From the NCBI GenBank assembly GCA_014905635.1, contig CM026548.1, positions 186,001 to 250,000 on the forward strand: DNA of 64,000 bases. The letters run 5' to 3'. Origin of the DNA: Scenedesmus sp. PABB004 (Eukaryota). Both the position numbers and the translations under genes were made by a program. The notes under the pieces are model-generated. The model ran no database searches. It saw nothing but the letters and a program-made list of their open reading frames with translations, and was not told where the DNA came from. Positions 14,519-27,800 of this stretch are shown here, one piece after another (position 1 is the stretch's first letter; every line of letters starts with the position of its first letter).

Positions 14519-17500
14519 TCACAGCAGCTCGCCGCCCTCGCTCCCGGCGTCCTCCGCGGCAGCCACCGCGGCCTCGATCACCGCGTCGGCGTCGCCGCCG
14601 AGCTCCGCCAGCGCCGCGGAGAGCGCCTCCACCTTGGCCTGCTCCTCGCCTGGGCGCGGCGGCGGCGGCGGGTCGGCGGCGGTGTGCCCGCGCGTGGCGG
14701 GCGCGCGCGGCGCTGGTGCCGCGCGGCGCACCCAGGCAGGCGAGCAGGTCCTCCATGTCCGCCTCGGCCGCGGCCTCGGCCTCGGCACGCGCAGCAGCGG
14801 CGGCGGCGGCGGCCGCCGCCTCGGCGCCCGCGGCGCCCCCGTCCGCGCCCGCAGCACCCGCCGCGGCCGCGCCGCCGCCGCCGCCCTGCTCCTGCGCTGC
14901 CTTGAGCTGCTCCTCCAGCTCAAACGAGTGGGCCTCCAGGCCGTTGTAGGCGCCCGAGAGGTCGGCCAGCTGCGCCTCAGCCGCCGCCGCGGCCGCCTGC
15001 GCCTCGTCCGCGGCGACGCGCGCCTCCGCGACCGCCGCCTCCATGCCCGACCAGCGCTCCTGCATCGCCGCCAGCTGCTGCCTGCGGGGCGTGGGGCGCG
15101 CGTGGGTGCGCGTGGGCGGCCGCGGCCGGCCGGGCAGGCGTGGCGCGCGCAGCCAGCGGCTCTGCGCCGCGCCGCGTCGCACGCCGCGCACCGCATCGCG
15201 CCCGCCTCCATCTCCGCCCGGCTGGCGCGCAGCTGCGTGGCGACGCGGCTCTCCGCGTCGGCGAGCCCGCTGCCCGACAGCGGCCCCGACCCGCCGCCGC
15301 CGCCGGCGCCGGGCTCGGGCGGGCGCGGCCCGGCCGCGGGGCCGTGCCCGTTGGCGGCGGGGCCGCCGCCGCCGCCGCCGCTGCCGTCACCGCCCGCCGC
15401 CGTGATGTGGGGCTTGCTCTGCGACAGCCGGATGAGGTCCTCCGCCAGCGCCCGGTTGCGCGACTGCAGCTCCGCCGCGCTGCCCTGCAGCTGCAGGATC
15501 AAGGCCAGCGCGGACTGGAGCTTCGCCTCGGGCGTGGCGCCCGCGAGCTGCGCCGCGAGCGCCGCGCGCGCGTGCGACTGCGGCGTGAGCGGCTGCTGCA
15601 GCGCCTGCTGCGGGGGCTGCTGCGGGGGCTGCTGCGCCTGCTGGTGCGGGAGGCCAGGCGCCCCCGGCAGCACCCCCGGCAGCACGCCCGGCAGCGCCCC
15701 CGGCACGCCGGGCAGCACGCCGGGCAGCATGGCCGGTCGCACGCCCGGCACCGCCGGCGGCGGCGGCAGCGGCAGCCCGCCCGGCAGGGCCGGCGGCCGC
15801 GGCAGCGGCAGCCCGCCCGGCAGCACCGGCGGCGGGGGCAGCGCCGGCGGCGCGCCGCCGGGCGCGGCGCCGCCGCCGGGCACGGCGCCGGGCGCGGCGC
15901 CGCCCGAGGCAAAGGCATCGAGCGTGAGCTGCTGCACCGCCGCGGCCACGTCGTCCACGAGGCGCGTGAAGGCGTGGTCATACGGCTGCGCCTCGGCCGC
16001 GTGGCCCTGCGCGCCGCCGGCACTGCCGCCGGGGGCTGCCCCGCCCCCGCTGCCGCGCTGAGCGCGCCCGCGAGCGCGCCCCACGCGCCCCACGCGCCGC
16101 CGCCGCCGCCGCCGCCGTCGCTGCCGGCGGCTGCCTCGGCCTCCAGCACGGCGCTCGCCATGCTGCGCGTGATGTGGGCCGGCAGGCGCGGCGCGGCGCG
16201 CGCGGCCTCGTACTCGGCGCTGCTGCGCATGTCCTCGATCGCCCCAAACAGCTGGCTCAGCCCCACGCGCTGCAGCACCACGTCCAGCAGCCCCTGGAAT
16301 CCCAGCCCGCCCGGCGGCGGCGGCGGCAGGCCCGCCGCGGCGGCGCGCGCCGCCGCCGCGGCCGCCGCCGGCGCGGGCGAGCCGGGGGCAAAGGCGAGGC
16401 AGAGTCCGAGCAGCACAGCGGCCAGGCCCGCCGTGTGCGCGTCGCCCGCGGGCAGGCGGCGGCCGACGAGGTCCACCACCAGCGGCAGGTGCCCGGGCGG
16501 CGACAGCAGCGCGGCGACCGCGGCGGCGCAGCCGTCGCACCATGCGATCAGCAGGCGCAGCACGCAGCAGCACGCGGGCAGCGCCGCGCCGTCGCCGCAG
16601 CGCGCGCACTCGCCCAGCAGTCGCACGCAGCGCGTGAGCAGGCCGTCGCCGGGGCTGGGCCCGGCCTGCAGCGCCAGCAGGCGCGCCTGCGCCGCCGGGT
16701 TGGCCTGCAGCAGCTGCCCCAGCACCGCCGCCGCGCGGCCCGCGACGAGCTGCTGCTCGAGGCTCGCGCCGCTGCCGCCGCCGCCGCCGACCGGCGGCGG
16801 CGGCAGCGCGCCGCCGGGCGCGCCGCCGCCGCCGAGGCTCGCGCCGCGCAGGAATGGGGCCGTGGGGCTGGCGCCGTGCCGCAGCGGCTGCATGCACAGC
16901 AGCGCGGCCAGCAGCTCCTCGCCGAGGCTCTGCGGCTCGGCTGCGGCGGCGACGCGCGGGGCGCGGGACGCGTGTGCGTGCGTGAGCGCGCGGGCCTGCG
17001 AGGGCGCGTGCGCGGGCGCGGCGGCGCAGCGGCCGCCCTTGCGTGGCCGCCGCGCACCCGAGAGCGCGACCGTGGACAGCAGCGCCGCCTGGCCGGGCGG
17101 GTTGGCGTGGCAGAAGCCCGCGACCGCGTGCATCGCGCCCGCGCGCTCCAGCGTGTCGCCGCTGCGCAGCGCGAGCGCGACGACAACCTGCAGCAGCGGC
17201 ACGCCGCGCGGCGGCGGCGGCACGCCGCGCCCGGGCGCCGCTCCGTGCGCCGGCGGCGACGCGGGGATGCCAGCCAGCGCCTCCTGCAGCTGCGCGTGGC
17301 CCCACACCAGGTCACCCATGCAGAAGAGCGCCTGGCGGGGCGGCACAGGGCGCGGGGCGCGGGGCAGGGGCGGGCGGGGGCGTCGGCGCCAGCGCCCCCG
17401 GCGCCCCCAAGGCGCGCGCGACAGGTCTTGCGCACGGGCCGCGCCGGCGCACGCGCGCCGCGGCGCACCTGCGCCCGCACGGCGGCCGAGGGCGCGCCGC

Positions 17501-19199
17501 CCGCGTCCGCCGCGAGCGCCGACAGCAGCGGCAGCAGGCCGAGCTGGCCCAGCGCGTCCTGGTTGGCGCGGCGGTTGGCCTCCGCCTGCCCGCGCTGCTC
17601 CTCCGCCGCGCTGTGTGGCGCCGCGAGCAGCAGCCGCGCCGTCTCCAGCAGGCAAAGATAGTTGGCCGCGACCTGCGTCGGCCACGCGCCCGCCGCCGCG
17701 CCCGCGGCCGCCACCGCGGCGGCCGCCGCCGCGCCGACCGCGGTGCCCGCCGCCGCCGCGGCCGCCGCGCCCGCCGCCGCGCGCAGCGAGGGGTCGACGA
17801 GCTGGCTCGCCTGCCCGACGAAGCTCGCCGCCGCGCTCGGCGGCGGCGGCGGCGGCGGCGTGAAGTGCAGCAGCGCGGGCAGCTGCGCGACGTGGCCCAT
17901 CTCCCTGACGGGCTCCGCGCGGCCGGGGCGGGGCGGGCCGCCGCTGCTGAGCGGCCAGGCGGGAGCGCGCGCCCGCGCCTGCGCCTGCGCGCGCGCCGCG
18001 GCCGCACCTGAAGAGGCGCTGGTTGCCGAGGTTGTCCCTCAGCAGGTTGTTGATCAGCTCCGCCGCGTCCTGCACGACCACGTCGCCGCCGGCGGGGCCG
18101 CCCTCGCTCGCGCAGATCGCGAGCAGCTTCTCAAAGCCGCCCTCAAACGCGGCGACGTTGGCCACCGCCGCGCAGCCGCTGCAGAGGCCGACCAGCAGCA
18201 GCAGCGCCTCGTTGCGCAGGACCTCCATCGGGCTGGCCAGCAGGTCCATCAGCGCGACGACGCCCACGGGGCTCGTCAGCACCGCCGCCTGCGCGCGCGC
18301 GCGGCACGGGCGCGCCGGGCGTCGCGACCGCCGCAGGCCGCCCAGCGCCCCGCGCACGGCGCCCGGCAGGCCGCGCAGCGCCCGCCCCGCCGCGACTGCC
18401 GCCGCCGCCGCGGCGCGCGCACCTGGAGCTTGTCCGGGCAGGCCGCCGCGAGGCCACTGAGCGCCTGCAGCGCGCCGTAGCGGACGTAAAAGTCGTCCAC
18501 GCCCTCCGGCTCATCGCGCAGCAGGCCCAGCAGCAGCAGCACGTTGTCGGGCGCGCGGCAGAACAGGTCGGCGTTGATCAGCGCCGGCGGCGGTGCACGC
18601 TGCGCGGTGGCGGCGGCGGGCGGCGGCGGCGGCGGCGGCGGCGGCGGCAGGCGTGAGGCTCGCCGCGCCGCGCGGGGCCGCGCCGAGGGCGCGCCCGCCC
18701 GCAGCCGGCCGCCCGGCCGCACCTCGAGCTGCTGCGCCGCCGCCGCCGCCGCCGCGTCCGCGCCGCCGCCGGCACTCGCGCCCGGCGGGAGCGCGACAGA
18801 GAGCTGCAGCACCTCCAGCGCGCCCTTGAGCAGCTCCGCGTCGTCCCGGTCCTCCTGCAGCACGGAGAGCAGCACGGGCAGGCCCATGTTGCCCATCGCC
18901 GTCTGCGCCGCCACGTTGTCGGACAGCAGGTCGCGGAGCGCGCCCATCGCCTCGCGGCGGTCGCCCGCGTGCCGCGCGTCCGAGATCTGGTGCAGCAGGC
19001 CCTCCACCTCGCTGTCATCCTCGCCCTCGTCGAAGGCTGCGGCGGCGCGGCGCGGCGGCGGGGGCAGCTCGAGCGACGCCGCTGCTGCCGGCGCCGCCGC
19101 CGCGCGGGCGCAGGCCCCGCGCAGCTCCCCGCCCAGCCGACGCGTCGCCTCACCTCCCGCCCCGGGCTTTGAAAAGCCCAGCCGCCCAAACAGGCTCAT
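14519..19199 (-). CDS. Vesicle tether p115/USO1 (golgin candidate 6), about 9 exons; apparent frameshift near 16060
   Basis: DRREAM..LPVLLSVLQEDRDDAELLKGALEVL, DDFYVRY, EVLRNEALLLL, AFEGGFEKLL..GGDVVVQD..NNLLRDN..NQRLFREMG, C-terminal DMEDLLACLGEEQAKVEAL. Confidence 0.92.
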
Positions 19200-19643
19200 C
19201 GCTCGCGCGTGGGGCGGTCAGGTGCGATTGCAGTACTGCTCGCGCGGCCGCGCCGCTAGCGGAGCCAGCTGGCGCCCCGCTACGGCATGACAGACGCTGG
19301 CGCTGAGATCGCGGAATCGGCCAGCGGCTCTCCCGACGCGGCTGTGGCGCAGCGCCACCCGGCGCGGCAGCGGCGGCGCGGCAGCGCGGCAGTGGCGCGC
19401 GGCGGGCTTGGTGGCCTCACCCCACAACACGACAGAGCGTTTCCGGGCGGCATCCAGCCGTCTGGCCGGCACGCTCGCACTAGCTGGAGAGGAAAAAACA
19501 CAAACCGCGGCGCGGCGCTGACCGACGCGCGAAAAAAAAACCGCCCGACCCCAACCCCGACCCGCCCGACCCGCTCGGCGCCTCAGCGCGCTGGACCTGA
19601 TCATCATCGCCCGATCGCTCCGCGCTCCGGCCGGCCACGCTGC

Positions 19644-20909
19644 TCACTTCTTCTTGGCGGGCTTGATTTGCTTGAAGAACTCCTGCGAGCCCTTCGGGTC
19701 GGGCTTCATGGTCTTGTCCCCCGGCCTCCAGCCCGCCGGGCACACCTGCGCGCGGCGCAGCGCGCGCGGGCGCGCGTCGGCCCACGCCGCGCGGCGTGCC
19801 TCTGCCGCCGGCGGCCCACGCCGCCGCGCGCTGGCCGCCGCCGCACCTCGTCGGGGTTGCTCTGCACGTGCTGCACGGCCTGCAGGATGCGGATCGTCTC
19901 CTCCACGTTGCGCCCAAACGCGAGGTTGTTGATCGTCGCGTGCTGCACGATGCCCTGGGGGTCGATGATGAACAGGCCCCGCAGCGCCACGCCGTCCGCG
20001 GTCAGCACGCCGTACGCCTCGCTGATCTCCTTCTTGAGATCAGACACCAGCGGGTAGGCGAGGTCGCCGAGGCCGCCTAGAGGGGAGCGGCAGCGGCGCG
20101 GGTCGCGCGACGCGCGACGCGGTCGCGCGCGGCAGCCATCGCGCGCCGAGCCCCGGCCGGCGGCGCAGCGGCGGCGGGTGCGCGGGGGCGTGCCGCGGCG
20201 CACCCTCGTTGCGCTTCTGGCGGCTCCACTGCAGGTGCGCGTACTGGCTGTCGACCGAGACGCCGAGCACCTGCGCGTTCATGGCGTCAAACTCGTCGCT
20301 CTTGTCCGAGTAGGCTGTCAGCTCGGTGGGGCAGACAAAGGTGAAGTCGAGCGGGTAAAAGAACAGCACCTGATGGTTGGAGCGGGGAGGAGGTGAGGAG
20401 GAGGCGGGGCAGGGCGGGGCGGAGCGGGCGGGCACCGGCAGCGCGCGCGCCCGCACGCGGGCGCAGGCGGCGGCGGCGCTGCAGCGCGCAGCACTCACCA
20501 CGTACTTGCCCGCGAAGCTCGCCAGGGAGACCTCCTTGAACTGGTCGTTGTACACGGCCACGGCTGCGCGGCGGCGGCGGCGGCGGCCGGCGGGCGCTGC
20601 TGAGGCGGGCGCTGCGCGGCGCGGCGCGAGCGCTCTTGAAGACGCCGCGCGCTCGCCGAGCGCCCAGCGGTGGCCGGCGGCGCGTGGCGCGCCGCGCTGT
20701 AGCCTCAGCGGCGGCTGGGCCGCCCGGACGGCGGCGCTGCGGCCCGCGCGCCCGCCGGCGGGCAGCAGCGGCGGCGATCGCGGCGCGTGTGGCAGCGGCG
20801 CGCCTTTGAACTCCGGCGCGGGGTTGCCAACCAGCGGCAGGCCCGACACCGACGCCACGGCTGCGGCCGCGATCAGCAGGCCGAGCAGCGCAGCGCGGCG
20901 GTGAGCCAT
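19644..20909 (-). CDS. 2-Cys peroxiredoxin paralog with a predicted signal peptide, 5 exons
   Basis: [23 protein letters not shown] then [37 protein letters not shown]; ends [12 protein letters not shown]. Confidence 0.92.
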
Positions 20910-21018
20910 CGCTGCTGATGTCTGCAGTCGGCGGCAGTAGGCCGGCCTGGCAGCTACGATCTGCGAGGACGCGAGCGGGGATGGCGGAGGGAGCTCGGGA
21001 CGCGACCGGGCGAGGCCG

Positions 21019-21023
21019 TTACA
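21019..21023 (-). promoter_or_regulatory. Putative TGTAA poly(A) signal of the plastid peroxiredoxin
   Basis: TTACA about 135 nt downstream of the stop at 21157. Confidence 0.6.
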
Positions 21024-21156
21024 CGGGTAAACGCGGCGCGCGCCCAATACCCCGCCGCCGTCGCGCGCGCCGCGCGCGGCGCGCAGGCGGCGGCGCCTGC
21101 CGCCGCAAATCCGGTCCCACAGTGCGCGCCGCTGCTCCCGCGCTGCTCTGCGCTGC

Positions 21157-22632
21157 TCAAATCGCCGAAAAATACTCCTTAGATCCCTTCGGGTCGGGCT
21201 TCATGGTCTTGTCCCCCGGCTTCCAGCCCGCCGGGCACACCTGGGCGCGCGGAGAGCATCCAGGGCGGAGATGGGCGGTCAGTCATGGCCGCTGGCCGCT
21301 GGCCGCAGCGCGCGCCCGCCTGGGCGGCCCCCCGCCCGGGCCGCGCCCCCGGCGCCGCCGCCGCACCTCGTCGGGGTTGCTCTGCACGTACTGGATCGCC
21401 TGCAGCGTGCGCAGCGTCTCGTCGACGCTGCGGCCGAAGCCGAGGTTGTTGATCGTCGCGTGCTGCACCACGCCCTCCTTGTCGATGATGAACAGGCCGC
21501 GCAGCGCAATGCCCTCGTCGGTCAGCACGCCGTACGCCTCGCTGATCTCCTTCTTCAGGTCGGCCACGAGCGGGTAGGTGAGGTCGCCGAGGCCGCCTGA
21601 AGGGGAGGGAGGGGGAGGAGGGGCGGCGGCCGCGCGTGAGCGGGTGGTGCGCCGCGGCGCGGCGGTCACCCCCCCCCCCCCCCCCGAGCCCCGTGCGGCG
21701 CGGCGCGGGTGCGGCGCAGCGGCGCGGCGGCGCGGCGACGCACCCTCCTTGCGGTCGGTCTGGATCCACGCGAGGTGCGTGAACTGGGAGTCCACCGACA
21801 CGCCGAGCACCTCGGCGCCGACGGCCTTGAAGTCGGCGAAGCGGTCGCTGAACGCGGTGATCTCGGTGGGGCAGACAAAGGTGAAGTCGAGCGGGTAGAA
21901 GAAGAGGACCTGGTTGGAGCGGGGAGGTGAGCAGGCGGGGACGCGGGGGACGTGAGAGGGGACGGCGCGGCTGGGCGGGCGCGGGGCGAGGGCGGGCGGC
22001 GCCGGCGGGGCGCGCGCAGCGCGGCGCGCAGGGCGGGGCAGCGCGTACTCACCACGTACTTGCCCTTGTACTTGGAGAGCGAGACGTCGATGAACTCCTG
22101 GTCAAACACGGCGGTCGCCTTGAAGTCGGGCGCCTTGTTGCCGACGAGCGGCGCGCCGGCGTTCACGACGACGGCGCTGCGCCTGCGCGGGCACGCGCGC
22201 GCGGGCGTGGGCGGTGCAGGCGTGGGAGCGGGCGCGGCGGGGCGGCGGGCGGCGGCGCGGTGCGGCGCGGTGCGGCGCGCGCTGCAGGCCACTCGCGCGG
22301 TGCAGCGCCGCCGCGCGGCGTCGGCGGCGCCCACCGGCGCGCCGGATTGCGCTGCCGGCCCGGATCCCGCGCGCTCAGGCCAGTTCCAGTGGCTGGCGCT
22401 GTGCGTGGACGCGCGCGCGCGCGGGCTGGCGGCCGAAGGCTCTGGGATCGAGCCATCAACAGCGCCCCTCTCCCGCGCTGGCGCGCCCCCGGGCTGCGCC
22501 GCCCGGCCGCGTGACGCCTCCACACCTGGAGCTGGCCTTCACCACGGGGCGGGCGGCCAATGCGCGGGCCGCGGCCGCGCGGGGCGCGCGAGCCACCGAC
22601 GCGCCGGTGCTGGTGCGAGCGGCGAGCGCCAT
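21157..22632 (-). CDS. Chloroplast 2-Cys peroxiredoxin (BAS1/PRX1-type), 5 exons
   Basis: Ala/Arg/Ser-rich transit peptide [81 protein letters not shown]. Confidence 0.96.
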
Positions 22633-23064
22633 GGCTGCGCGCGGGCTGGGAGTGCGGGGTGGGGGGCAAGGGACGCGGGAGAAAGGTGCGTGGACGGCAG
22701 GCGCGCGTGGGGGATGCGGCAGGCGGACAGCACCGCGCCCAGGGCGCAGTCCCGGGGCCCAGGCGCTCGAGCGCCACACACGCCGGGCCGCCGGGCCGCG
22801 GCCGTTTCAGAAAGCCAAGGCGGTCACACACGACCGCGCAGCGAGGGCTGCGGGGCCGCCGCCGGCGCTCCGGTGCCGCCGCGCTGCGCTGCACGCGGCG
22901 TGGCCGCCCGCCCCTGGCGCGCGCACGGGCACCGCTGCCGCCGGCTCTTGCTGCTGGTGTCTTCTTCTTCGCTTCTTCACTCTTCGCTGTCAAAACGTCT
23001 GCTGCTGCGAGCTCCGCGCCCGCGTCCGCCGCCCACCGTTGTTGTCGCCGCGGCCCTCGGCCCC

Positions 23065-23534
23065 TCACCGCCCCTCGGCGAGGAAGTCCAGCGCCTTGGT
23101 CAGCGTCGCGCCCACGACCTTGCCTTTCGAGGCCGGGAACGGCGCGAGCCTGCGCCGGGCGTGACGGGGCGCAGAGGCGCGCGCAGCGTGAGCGCGCTGA
23201 GCGCGCCCCGCCGCCGCCGGCGCGGCCCGCGCTCTGCCCCCGCCCGCTGTGCCCCGCCGCCGCCGGCTCACCCGTTGCTGGCCATGTAGCCCTGCACAGC
23301 GTCCTGCGCGGCGGGCGCGGCGCGGCGCGGCCCGGCTGCTCAGCCGCGGCCGCGGCTGGGCGCGGCGCGGCTGCTTGGCCGGCCGCCGCGCAGCCGCTGC
23401 CCCTCCCGCCTGCGCCCCCCCCCGCCCCGCGGCCACACGCACCACGGCGATGTACATGTTGCGCGCGCTCTGGCTGCGCGCGCTGCCGCCGCGCGCGTAC
23501 CTGCGCCCGCGCCGGCGGCGGCCGCGGCGTGAGC

Positions 23535-23565
<31 letters not shown>

Positions 23566-24673
23566 GGCCCGCACCGGCGCTGCGCGCGGGCGGCGCCGCG
23601 GGCGGGCGGGCGGGCAAGCGGGCGGGCGGGCGCGGCCGCGCTCACTTGGCCACCCAGGTGCCGCTGTCGGCCTTGAGCGTCTTGATGAGCGGGATGCGCC
23701 CCTTGTCATACACGTCCTGCCCATGGGGGTGTGCCGGCGGGCGGCGGCGCACGGCGGTCGCGGCGGGGGCGCCGCTGCACACCCCGCGCGGCGCGCCCGC
23801 GGCCGGCGCGCCCCGGGTGCCGATGCCGCCGCCGCGCCATTCGTCGCGCGTGCGCCGCGCGCCGTGCGGTGCGAGCCGCACCAGGGTGAGGTAGGCGTCA
23901 ATCTTGGACGCGAGGTCCCGCGTCGCGCGGCCGTACTCGCTGTCGAGGTCGCTCACCGTCCCGCTCGGCGCCGTCTTGCCTGCGCGCGCGGCGCGGGCGG
24001 CGGCGTGCGTGGGCGCGCTCGCGGCGCCGCCGCGGCGGCCGCGGGGGCGGGGCGTGTGTGGGCGCACGACGCACGCGTGCTGCTGCTGAGCGATGTGTAG
24101 CTCGAGCTGCGCGCCGCCTCGTCGCCGGCGTCGCGCGCGAGCTCCGCCTGCCGGCACGCGTCGCCCGCCTCGACGCTGTCCAGGTCGGCGCACACCGCTG
24201 CGGCAACAAACAGCGGCGGCAGTCGGGTCGGCGCCACGCTGGGGCGTGCTGTGTGGCCGCAGCCAGCGCTCGCCGCCCCAACCGCCGCGCGCGCGCCGAG
24301 CGGCCCCAGCCACGCGCGTCGCGCGACACGGCGCCCGCCATCTCACCAGCTGCGGGGCCGGCGGCGGAGAGCGCCGCCAGCGCTAGCGCCGCCGCCTGCT
24401 GCAGCAGCGCCGCGCGCCGACCTGCGGTAGCGCCAGGCTCTGCAAACGCGACCGCGTCCGCCGCGGGCCTGCGTGTGCGTGTCGGGCGGCAGCAATGGGG
24501 CGGCGTGGGCATCGATGCGGCAGCGCGCGCGCTCGGAAGCGCTCGGCCACACGCGGCCTGGCGATGCCGCCCGCGCACCTGGCCGCGCAGCGCGCGACCG
24601 CCGCCGCGCGACGGCTGGGAGCGACGGCACGCACGGCCGCGCACGGCGCGCCGCGCAGGAGCAGCGAAGGCAT
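23065..24673 (-). CDS. Psb27-like thylakoid lumen photosystem II assembly protein
   Basis: Bipartite targeting with RR..LLQQAAALALAAL; SGTWVAKYARGGSARSQSARNMYIAVDAVQGYMASNGLAPFP..FLAEGR*, resembling the Psb27 WVAKY..GR pattern. Confidence 0.75.
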
Positions 24674-24891
24674 TGCGGCGGCGGCGGGTGGCGGCGCTGC
24701 TGACGCGTGGTCGACGGCCGGCCCGTGCGCGTCTGGTCGGCGGGAGCGCGGGTCGAGCCAGGCGAGAGAGGAAGCGACGGAAGCAATGACACCGTCGGCG
24801 CTCGCGCCGCTGCTGTGCCCCGCCGCTGTGCCCCGCCGGTGTGCCCCACACCTAGCCCCGCACCTAGCGCCCGCGCGCCCTCGCGGCGCGG

Positions 24892-27800
24892 TCAGTCGGT
24901 GAGCACCTCGTCGCGCTGCGCCGCGAGCAGCGCCTCGGTGCCGCGCATCGCCTCGAGCGCGGACGCCAGGCGCGCCTGCAGCGCCTCGATGGCCTCGTCC
25001 TTGCGCGCCACCACGCCCCGCACGCGCGCCTCCACGGCCGCCAGCTCGCGCTCGCCCTGCGCGCGCGCGGCCGCCAGGGCCGCCTCCAGCGCGCCGGCGC
25101 GCGCCTCCGCGGCGGCCTTGTCGGAGGCGAGCCGGCGCAGCGCCTCCGCGGCCGCGCCGCCCGCCGCCGCCGCGGCCGCGCGCGCCTCGCCGCCCCTCGC
25201 CGCCGCGGCCGCGCGCGCGGCCGCCAGCTCCTGTTCGCGCTGCGCGAGCTCGAGCCTGCGGCAGCGCGCCCAGGTGAGAGAGAGCTGGCAGCGCGCGGCG
25301 CGCGCCCGCCGCGCGCGCGGCGCGGGCTCTCCAGCTGTCACCCGCCGGCGCACGCGCACCGCGCCGCCCGCAGCTGCTCCGCCGTCGCCGCAGCCGCCGC
25401 GCCCGCGGCGTCGCCCGCGTCGCCCGCGGCCTTGCAGCGCTCCGCCAGGCGCGCCGCGCCGCGCTGTGCCTCGCGCAGCTGCGCCTGCAGGCCCGCGATG
25501 GTCTCCGCATGCTCCGCTGCGGCCTGCCGGGCCCGGGCGGGGCGAGCGTCGCGCGCGCGTGGGGGCGAGCCGCACGCGAGCGTGCGCGCCCGCCCGCGCG
25601 GCCTGGGCGCCACGCCACCGCACCCGCTCGGCCGCCGCCTGCGTCGCCGCCGCCTGCTCCGCCTCCAGCCGCACGACGACCGCCTCCAGCTCGGCGTCGC
25701 GCTCCGCGACCAGCTGCGCGCGCAGCGCCGCCTCGCGGTCGGTGGCCTGCACGCCGCGCGCAGGACGTGCGGTTGATTCGGCCCGCCTGCACCACGCGCC
25801 AGCAGCAGCTGTCACCGCGCGCGTTCAAACTGTGTCCCACCTGTCTCTTGACCTTCTCGCTCACCGCCGCGCGCCACGCGCTGCGCTCGCCGTCGGCCGC
25901 CGCCTTGGCCGCTTCGAGCGCACGCGCGTGGCTGCGCGCCTGGGCCTCCCGCTCCCTGCGCGGCGACGCGGGTGAGCCGCGAGGCCGGGCCGGGCCGGGG
26001 CCCCACCACGACGCGCGCCGCCCGCGGCGCACCTGTCCCACTCCTCGCGCAGCGCCGCCTCGCGGCGCCGCGCGTCCGCGGCCACCGCCTCCAGCGCCGC
26101 CTCGCCGCGGCGGCGCTCGTCCCGCACCTCGCCCGCGGCCGCCTCCAGCCGCTGGTCGCCCTCCGCCACCAGCCGCAGCCGCGCCGCCTGCGCCTGCGCC
26201 TCGTAGCGCTCGCACGCCTCGCGCAGCCGCGCGGCCGCCGCGCCCCGCTCGCGCTCCAGCGCCGCCTCGGCGTCCTGCGGCGACGCGTGCGCACGCCTGC
26301 CTCGCCGGCCCGGCCCTCCCTGCCGGCTGCCGGCGCGCCCCCGCAGCACAGCGCCCCGCCGCACCTGGCGCAGCCGCTCGCGCTGCGCGGCCAGCGCCTC
26401 GGCCTGCGCGGTGCGCGCCGCCTCGGCTGCGCCGCGCGCCGCCTCCGCCGCGCGCTCCTGCGCGCCCGCCAGCTCGGCGCGGTGCCGCGCGATGAGCCGC
26501 TGCACCTCCACCTCCAGGCCCTGTGAGCGCGACCAGCCAGCGGCAACAGGGCGCGTGCGCCACCCGCCTGCGCCGCGCGCGCTGCGCGGCCCCGCGGGCG
26601 CGCAGCCGCACCCCCCAGCAGCCACCCCACCTTGACCGTCTGCTCCTTGATTTCAGCCGTCTTTGCGCTGCGCCACGCCTCCGCCTTGGCCGCGTGACCC
26701 GCCTCCCACGCGGCGTGCTGGCGCCGGAGCTCCGCCGCCCACCCCTGCTTGAGCGCCGCGATGGCCGCTGCGTGCCGCTCCTCGCCCGCCTGCGCGCGGC
26801 GCCGCCCGCCCGCCCGGCGCTCGGCGCGCCCGCGGCGGCGCCGCCCACCGCGCCGCGCCGCGCGCCACCCGGCCGCGCCGCGCCTTGGCCGCCGCCTGCG
26901 CGTCCGCGAGCTGCCGGGCCAGGACCTCTTTGTCGGCCAGCAGGCGATCGATGAGCGCAAGGTGCCGCGACACCGCGGCGCCCGTGTCTGCCGCCGCCGC
27001 GGCGAGGTCCGCCTCGTGCGCCGCGCCGAGCGCCGCGAGCTGCTCGCCGTGGCGGCGCCGCGCGTCGGACAGCTCGCGCTGCGCGGCCGCGGCCGCGGTC
27101 TCGCGCTCCGCGAGCGCCGACGTGAGGCGCGCCACCTTGGCGCGCACGCCGTCAAACACGCTCTCCGCCAGCGCCGCGGACCTGCTGCGCGGCCGAGTTG
27201 TAGGGGAGGGCAGGGGGGAGGGGGGAAGTCACGGGCCCGCGTGCGCCGGCGCAGGTGCTGGCGCCAGCTGCGCGCACACCTGTAAGCGCCCTGCGACACC
27301 GCGCTGGCGCCGCCCAGCGACGGCGCGGCGCAGGGCTCCCCCTGCAGGCGCGCGCTGTGCTCGGCCGCCGCCGCCGCCGCGCCCGGCGCGGCACCCGGCC
27401 CCGCGCCGCCTCGGCTCGCGGGCCGCGACGGCGCCCCGCCGCCGCCCAGCAGCGCGGCCGCGGCGCGGCTCTGCTCCCGGCTGAGCGCCGCCGCTGCGGC
27501 CGCGGCCTCGCGCTCCGCTTCGGCGCCCACCGCGTCCAGGTACGCCATGACCGCGCCCAGCTTGTCCGCGCTCAGCCCGCCGCCCTGCGGCTGCACCAGC
27601 TGCTGCTCGCGCCCGGGCGGGGAGCCGTTGTCGCCGCCGCCCCTGCGCGCACCGACCGCCGGTGGCGAGGCGGAGCTGCTGCCGCCGCCGCCGACCCAGC
27701 TGCCGTGCGGGGAGGCGGTGAGCGCCGTCGCCTCTGCCTCGACCGCCAGCGCCGCCAGCTCCGGTGCCGTCCCGGCGTCACTTGGGCATGGGCTGTGCGC

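Noticed and set aside
22370..22470. Possible C/D box snoRNA in plastid Prx intron 1 (minus strand TTGATGG..CTGA with gcgc ends)
   Set aside because: The C box has two mismatches and I found no convincing rRNA complement
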